Positions 57,118 through 64,000 of a DNA stretch of 64,000 bases are shown piece by piece (position 1 is the first letter of the stretch; every line of letters begins with the position of its first letter). Both the position numbers and the translations under genes were made by a program. The notes below the pieces were generated by a model. The model saw only the letters and a list, made by a program, of their open reading frames with translations, was not told the DNA's origin and made no database searches. This DNA comes from Octopus vulgaris (lineage: Eukaryota), in assembly GCA_951406725.2 (NCBI GenBank), contig OX597819.1, forward strand, positions 117,490,001 to 117,554,000, given 5' to 3'.

Positions 57118-57718
57118 TGAGTGAGAGAGCCGTGCATGCCATCAAAGTGACACTGGGGTAAAATATACGAAGCCCAATATACCCATCATGACTACCCGTC
57201 TGATAAGGGTACACAAGGCACATGCATCACAACCATATGTGCGCGACATGGTGATCTCATATCAAGACAAACAGCACATGACCTTGCAGGTGGGGCCCAG
57301 TTAAAATTTTCGTCATGTCGAGTAACCAATCCCACTCGAAAGGTCCCTGAATAAGGGTTGTTTAAGGATGTTGAACGAAACACCCATGTTTCCAGAGGTG
57401 AATTATTCAAACCCCAATGAATCCCTCTCAACACACGGCTATGATCCTCCCCCACTACTTCTGCTCGTGATCAGAGATGCACATATCGTCAGCTACTAAG
57501 GGACATGCTCAACTGGTTAAGGTCAAACAACTGACAAGCAAATCTGTGGTATTGAGCAAAATATTTGCTGTAGCCCATCTTTTATACCAAGACAAAACAA
57601 TGTACATGATAACACTTCCAATCAGTTAAGATCAGAAGCCATGAGAGCCACTGCCTGGTACTGCATCAGGGCATTTACTGGTACTGCATCAGGGCATTGC
57701 CTGGTACTGCAACAGGGC

Positions 57719-57720
<2 letters not shown>
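57118..57720. mobile_element. Non-coding ~600-bp element inserted in (TTA)n
   Basis: GC-richer block flanked on both sides by (TTA)n; one end carries three tandem copies of CTGGTACTGCATCAGGGCATT. Confidence 0.55.
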
Positions 57721-57782
<62 letters not shown>

Positions 57783-57784
57783 GT

Positions 57785-58760
57785 CTCATGTTTATTACGC
57801 ACTTTCACTGCACTCACGCTATATATCTTTTTTTGATGCCATACATCCTACAAAGTGGTGATCCGCTGTTCTTATTATTTAACACTTTGTGCATTTTGTT
57901 TTCAGAGCTTGCTTATCAGTGCCTATGTGCATCCTTTCAGATCACTTTATTGTTAGCCATCTCCAAGTTTTTGTCTTGTTTTTCCTTTCAACTTAGTGTC
58001 CATGCACTGTTCTCATTTTCCAATTGTGTATTCTTGCTTCTTCATCTTCTTTCTAAAATATTTTTGGGTGCGTCACATATTCGGTAGGTATGGTGCTATT
58101 TCTAACAGCGGTAAGCAAGGATTTGTTCTGCTGTTTGAAGAACCGTCCTACACTTTCCTCTCTAGCAACACAAACCTTGCATCCTATGATGCCTCTTCCT
58201 CCCTTGTTCCTAGGAATATATAATCCACCAGTATTGCTTTTTAGGAGCAGTTCCTTGTTAATTGTAATCACTTTTCTAGATTCACTACCCATTTCATCAA
58301 GCTCATTCTTTCTCTATTTAGTTACACGTGCACTCTATCACATTAAAGAAATAGCCCATATGTTAATTGGCCTGATCTTGTTCTTTCCATTGAGCCTGCT
58401 TCTCATAATTATGCTGTTTCTTCTCAGATATTCTCACCAAAAGCTTTCTTTCATCTCATTGTCCTTGATCTTGTCACAGTCCAAAATACCCAGATATGTA
58501 TATCCATCAGTCTCAATCTCTTTGATTTTCTCACCATTTCTACACTATCAGATGATACTATTTTACATTTTCGTTTTCTAAACTTACCACACATTTTTGT
58601 CGCAAATTCCATCTCAATATCCTTACTGAATATCTGCATTGTTGAGATCAGACCATTTATTGCACGTTGAGACTTCTCGAAAGTTTTAAGTTCCGTATAT
58701 AACAGAAGGTTTAATTTTACTCCGTTTCACAAAGTGTAACTCGATATCATTTTCGGTTAT
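57785..58760 (-). mobile_element. Second R4/Dong-clade LINE fragment
   Basis: QIFSKDIEMEF, YTYLGIL and LYIPRNKGGRGI motifs; adjoins (TTA)n. Confidence 0.8.
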
Positions 58761-59013
58761 AATTCTGTGAATGGTTCCACACAAAATCTACACAAGATTT
58801 AAAATACACACTTTACTTACTATGCACTAAGACATGGGTACAATGTGTTTCCCACAAATTCTTTTACACTTTAGCTTCTTAAAAATTGTTTTTAGTAATT
58901 GATAAGATGGATGCATCGAAAACAGTTATATTGCAAATCATTCACTGTAACAAACATAGTAAAGATCCCCAAAATACAATTTTCTGCCTTTCCAACTTTA
59001 CCTACACATTTTC

Positions 59014-59068
<55 letters not shown>

Positions 59069-59162
59069 GGAGTAAACATATAAATGTGAAACAAGGTGGA
59101 AAAAAAGAGTACTCAAATACCAGTGGTAGAGTAATATGCTTTATTTAAGCAGCAGACAATTC

Positions 59163-59216
59163 AACAAAATCTGTTACTCTGAGTTTCTCGTTGCCGTTCA
59201 TCAGACAGATTTTGTT
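59163..59216 (-). ncRNA. Minimal type I hammerhead ribozyme
   Basis: Minus strand: AACAAAATCTGT-CTGATGA-ACGGCAACGA-GAAA-CTCAGA-GTA-ACAGATTTTGTT; perfect 12-bp stem I; A:A mismatch at the base of stem II. Confidence 0.75.
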
Positions 59217-59224
59217 ATATATAT

Positions 59225-60560
59225 ATGTGGTACATCGAATAAACTGATCGCCTAAATTACACTAAAATGACAATAACATTGACATCTCATTTTAATAGAC
59301 GTATTTCGAATAATAGAAGATACGCAAAAAATTGAGAAGGCAGCATATAGAATGCACAGACAATAAAAAATGGACAACGAGAAACCGAAAAACATAAAAA
59401 TGGAAAAACGAGAATCAGTAACTAAAATATAAAGAAATAAAAAGTAAAGAGTTAAAAGAGCTAACCTCCTTAGACCTTAAATTATAAAACTGGAAAGCTA
59501 TCAAGTCAGCTTGGAATAGGCGGAATTTCCCAATTCTTCAAATTATATTTATACACATGCATGCATCCACTGAAAATTACTGACCTGGAGTTCAATAGTA
59601 TTAGGGAACTTAGATCTGAACAGGATCTGCGTTTTTTCGTCAAACAAAGTATACATTTATACGATCCATATCCATGAGATATGACTTTCTCAATTACTTT
59701 CCATCTAATCTTCTGTGGTGTTTCGTCACATTTCAAACTCCATACATATGTCAAGAAAAACTAACATTGACAAACTAACATTGGTAAAATATTCTTGTGT
59801 CTCCTAGACAAGCACTTTCCAGCCACTCACAAATACAAGAAAATATTTAATAGGCGTTCTATGAAATTATGATATAGTTGCTGTCCCAATATGATGAGTA
59901 GCATTATCCGTGGTCAATACCAAGATCCTGAATCCTGTTGCAGCTGTCAAGACCCAGGATCCTGTCGCCCTGACAAACGATATATGAATAAATCTATCAT
60001 ATATAAGGCAGACTTGACTGTAAGCCTGAATAATAATACACTTGATAAGAAGACCTATATTGGAGTATGTGAAGGTGAATTTTAAAATCGCTATACCAAT
60101 CACATACCATCCTTCCGATATGGAGACAAAAGTAAAGCTACTAAGTTGGCTAGCTACGTATGGGCTTTGAAAGATAACGAAACACCGCATGTGATTAAAT
60201 GGAAAGTAATCGAGAAATCCATACCTTATGTATATGTATCGATAAATGTAGACTTTGTTTCACTGAAAGAGCCCTAATCCTGTTCAGATCTAAGATCCCT
60301 AACTCTTTCTTGAACTCCATGCATAGGTATAAATGTATTTTGAAGAATTGGAAAATTTCGCTTATTCCTGACTGACTTGATATCTTTCCAGTCTTATCAT
60401 TTAAGGACTAAAGAGTATAACATTTTCCCCTTTTTCCTTTTTATTTTTTCCATTTCGGTTTCGGATTTTCGTCTTGCGTTGTTTACTGTCTGCGGTTTAT
60501 ATAAGCTGCCTGCTCAAGTTTTACGCATTTCTTCTATTACTCAGTTTCTTTAAATCGCTC
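59225..60560. mobile_element. Penelope-like element (C-terminal GIY-YIG, probably Hydra clade) in inverted arrangement
   Basis: Plus 59770-60330: DKHFPATHKYKKIFN..CSCQDPGSC..IIYKA..TYIGVCEGEF..IKWKVIE..CRLC; 59225-59755 is a diverged inverted copy of the 3' part. Confidence 0.85.
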
Positions 60561-61366
60561 CGTGTATATATACATACATAAATATATATACATACATGCA
60601 TACATACATATATACGTACATACATACATATACTTATATATGTATATATGTGAATAGGTTTTGCATCCACAAATATGACAGCTACGTACTTTCCGTAAGC
60701 ATACTATGAATTGTATTTTATATAAGACACATTATTTTGATAGTATATAGTATCTATTTACCCGAAAAAGTCTTGTTATGCTGGAAAATGTTAAATTCAT
60801 ATCTTCTTGACAGAAAACGTACGAGTATTCGAAAACTGTTCACTAAAACGCATCAGTGGAATCAGGTATTTGATTTCATTGAGAGTTGAAATCAATGCCA
60901 TATATATTGTGGCAGCAGTTTGTAGTTACATACACTAAGGAAGTAGCAGTATATAAAAGGGAGCAATAAAATCGATGAAAACATTGAAATAGGGAATCAT
61001 ATTCCCTCTCTCATAACGATTCTGGAACACAGAGATATAAAATATTCATCTCCAGTAAATTGCACAATGAGACATTAGATATCATGACTATCGCAACATT
61101 CACAACTATCATTCTACATAAACCTGCGGTTTAATATCTCACTACATGCTAGTAATCTGTTTATTTATATCACTAGGGAATCATGTAAATCCATCAAATA
61201 CATCATCGATAGATCATAATTCTTGAAAGAAACAACATATATAAACGGTTGTATGAGATGTGTAGAAACACAAATATGTCGATTCGAAGAACAAAAATAG
61301 AGCATGTTGGATCCGGTGTCTGCAAGTGTTATATGCTCACCTATAACTCAGTCCTATATTGAAAGA

Positions 61367-61735
61367 CTAGCAGTATCGCCCGGCGTTGCTCAGGTTTGTA
61401 AGGGAAATAACTATAAAGCATTTTTAGAGAGTTATAGCCAAAAAATAGCAAAAAAATGATGGTAAATTTTTTTTTGAGTTAAAAAAGGTTGAGTTGCGTC
61501 CACTAGACAGTCTGTGGTTTGTTTCTGATTCTCGACCCCATGTCGATTTTATCGATTTTTTTCAGAACTGGGGGAACTTTTCAAAATTTTCGCTGCGTTA
61601 GTTTTGAATTATGACATTGGGCTATGTGTGTGTCAAGTTTCATCAGAATCGGTTGAAAGCCGTGGTCAGGGTGAGGGTACAAGCAAACAGACACACAGAA
61701 ACACGCACAGACAAACTGCCGTTTATATATAGAGA
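61367..61735 (-). mobile_element. Non-autonomous Helitron
   Basis: Minus strand A|TCTCTATATATAAACGGCAG ... CCTGAGCAACGCCGGGCGATACTGCTAG|T. Confidence 0.78.
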
Positions 61736-62329
61736 TAGATAGCTAAGGGTACAAGTGAAAGTTCTGATGATGACTGAAATAAAAGCACTGCTCGGAAACA
61801 ATAAATATTTAAAACTCACTGGAAAACCATGATGGGTTTATCAATAACAATCTTGCGGTAATCGCAAAGACACAGACGAACGCCAATGCAACGTAATTTG
61901 TAGAACGGAAAATGGAAACATATTGGCTGTATTTAGTTATGTACTTTTGCATAGAACTGTCTTTAATCGTTATGATAGCCGTGAAATAATTTATGTTCAG
62001 CTGATCGAATCTATCGATCCGAATGTGTACTGATCTATTTTTCATGACCTATGAATCTGTTGAAAACAGAGACAGATGAGGTGAATTTCGTTGCTATATA
62101 TCAATAGAATATTAGACTATGACACAGTACAATGCATACAGTATGCTGACACAATTCTATTCTTAACGGAAATAGTTATATCTAGATGTACTTTCCAGTG
62201 TTGTACTTCGAGAGTCTCTGTATGTAATATAGAGTGAAACTAAAGTGGAATCATGGAATCAATTATAAATTCTTGTAAAAATATACGAAACAAACGAAAT
62301 TTGTTGTATTATGATGAACTTAATTGTAC

Positions 62330-62407
<78 letters not shown>

Positions 62408-62492
62408 GCATATACATACATACACATACAAGCATATATATATATATATAAAATATATAAAACGTCTGGTCAAAACCTGTAATTTATTTGAA

Positions 62493-62603
<111 letters not shown>

Positions 62604-63163
62604 CATCACATTGCATTGTAAGTGCTTCAAGCAATCTATATCGTATATCATTTACACGGAGACAGGTGATTTCAGTAAATATAGAAGACGCTTGTAGCTA
62701 GGAAATTCATTTAAAATTTATTGAATATATTACAGAAATCTTAAGATACTTTAAGTAAATATATAAAAAAAAACAGATACAAGTTATTGTGTTACGTTCT
62801 TAGATTTAATTAAGAATAGGCAATCTATATTGAATATTTGCATATCAGGAATATATTGAATATGTGCTTATTATTAGTGAAACCTAAGAAACCTTTCAAA
62901 ATATTTAGTGCCGTCTCTTTTAGGGTTTCAGTTATAAAGCCGCTGGCATCAATACTGCCACCTTAATGAAATGAGTCCTGGTCACGTTATTAGTTTGGCT
63001 AAATCGACTACTACCATGATTTAAAATGGATGATATGTACGTATGTTATAGATCATCTTTCTTTCGTATTTACTTCATGGTAGGATATGTCTAAAGGAAA
63101 AGATTCATACATATTTAAATCCGGTCGAACAATTGACACTGTTTGCCGATATCGCCTTCCTTG

Positions 63164-63343
63164 TTAAGGCGGCGAGCTGTATTTCGGCTGCCGTTACGCC
63201 GAGGTCGACTTTGCTTTTCATCCTTTCGGGGTCGATAAATTAAGTACCAGTTATGCACTGGGGTCGATGTAATAGACTTAATACCTATGACTGTCCATGT
63301 TTGTCCCCTCTATGTTTAGCCCCTTGTGGGTAATAAAGAAATA
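63164..63343 (+). mobile_element. Meta-domain SINE (family B), internally deleted, with TSD
   Basis: 16-bp TSD GATATCGCCTTCCTTG at 63148-63163 and 63344-63359. Confidence 0.92.
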
Positions 63344-64000
63344 GATATCGCCTTCCTTGATAATGTGTTACATATCACTGAGTGGTATGATGCGAATAGC
63401 AAAGCAGTTGATTTGTTCTGCGGCACCTTACGATTAATATTTTTGAGGACGATCGTGCATAACCATGTGAGAAATTAATATCATTCTTTCTGTTTCCTTT
63501 AACTATAATAAGTTTATTGGTAGAATAACTCAGAACACGTTCCTGCAGTTATTTATAGTGCGCGTTAATTTTTCTTCCTTTATAACCGCAATACTTTTCT
63601 TATCTGAATTGCAAAGACATATAGAAAACAAAATTTATGGAATATAACGTCGGATATGAAACTATATATGAAGTTAATAAACTTAAAGGCAAATTAATAC
63701 CAGCTGCATTGAAATAGCTAGTGCAAGAATATGGTGACTCAATATGGCCGGGAGTGCATGAATGATACGACTTTGTTACAGCCATGATAGTGTTCAAACT
63801 AAGTTTCTGTTTGAATAGAATTAGACGTTGACTGTAAGCTTACAAAGCGAAAATACTTGCGATAGGATATTAATACGAATCTTTTTTAATGCCTCCTATC
63901 ATCCGTAGCGAAATTGTAAAAGGGAAGTCAGTCACAAAGTAACAAAATTGCCACAATGTCCTTATATATGGAAGCGCGCACGCACACACTTACATGAACA

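Noticed and set aside
57430-57580. Possible HDV-like or hammerhead ribozyme in the TAA-targeted element
   Set aside because: Only partial helices can be found by eye; the full fold could not be built
61755-61800. CTGATGA...GAAA hammerhead-like core
   Set aside because: No pairing stems I-III can be drawn

Overview
AT-rich eukaryotic DNA, very rich in microsatellites. The repeat content (tRNA-derived and Meta-domain SINEs, Penelope-like, RTE, R4/Dong, mariner/Tc1/maT elements and Helitrons) suggests a coleoid cephalopod such as Octopus; this is an inference. No complete intact protein-coding gene is visible. The unique DNA between repeats reads as a tandem array of heavily decayed, apparently intronless Toll-like receptor/LRR genes, roughly 7-9 remnants on both strands, with LRRNT, LRR, TM and TIR motifs found by hand translation. 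One short intact ORF (45904-46176) is the C-terminus of malectin; it has no upstream exons in the window and abuts the 5' end of an RTE LINE. The most striking non-coding pattern is a series of fold-back modules embedded in (TA)n tracts. Several carry type I hammerhead ribozymes with palindromic stem III, two of them with very long stem II, and one sits beside a Penelope-like GIY-YIG element in inverted arrangement. Most long ORFs in the track are microsatellite artefacts. Boundaries of degenerate features are approximate and family assignments come from motif recognition, not database searches.
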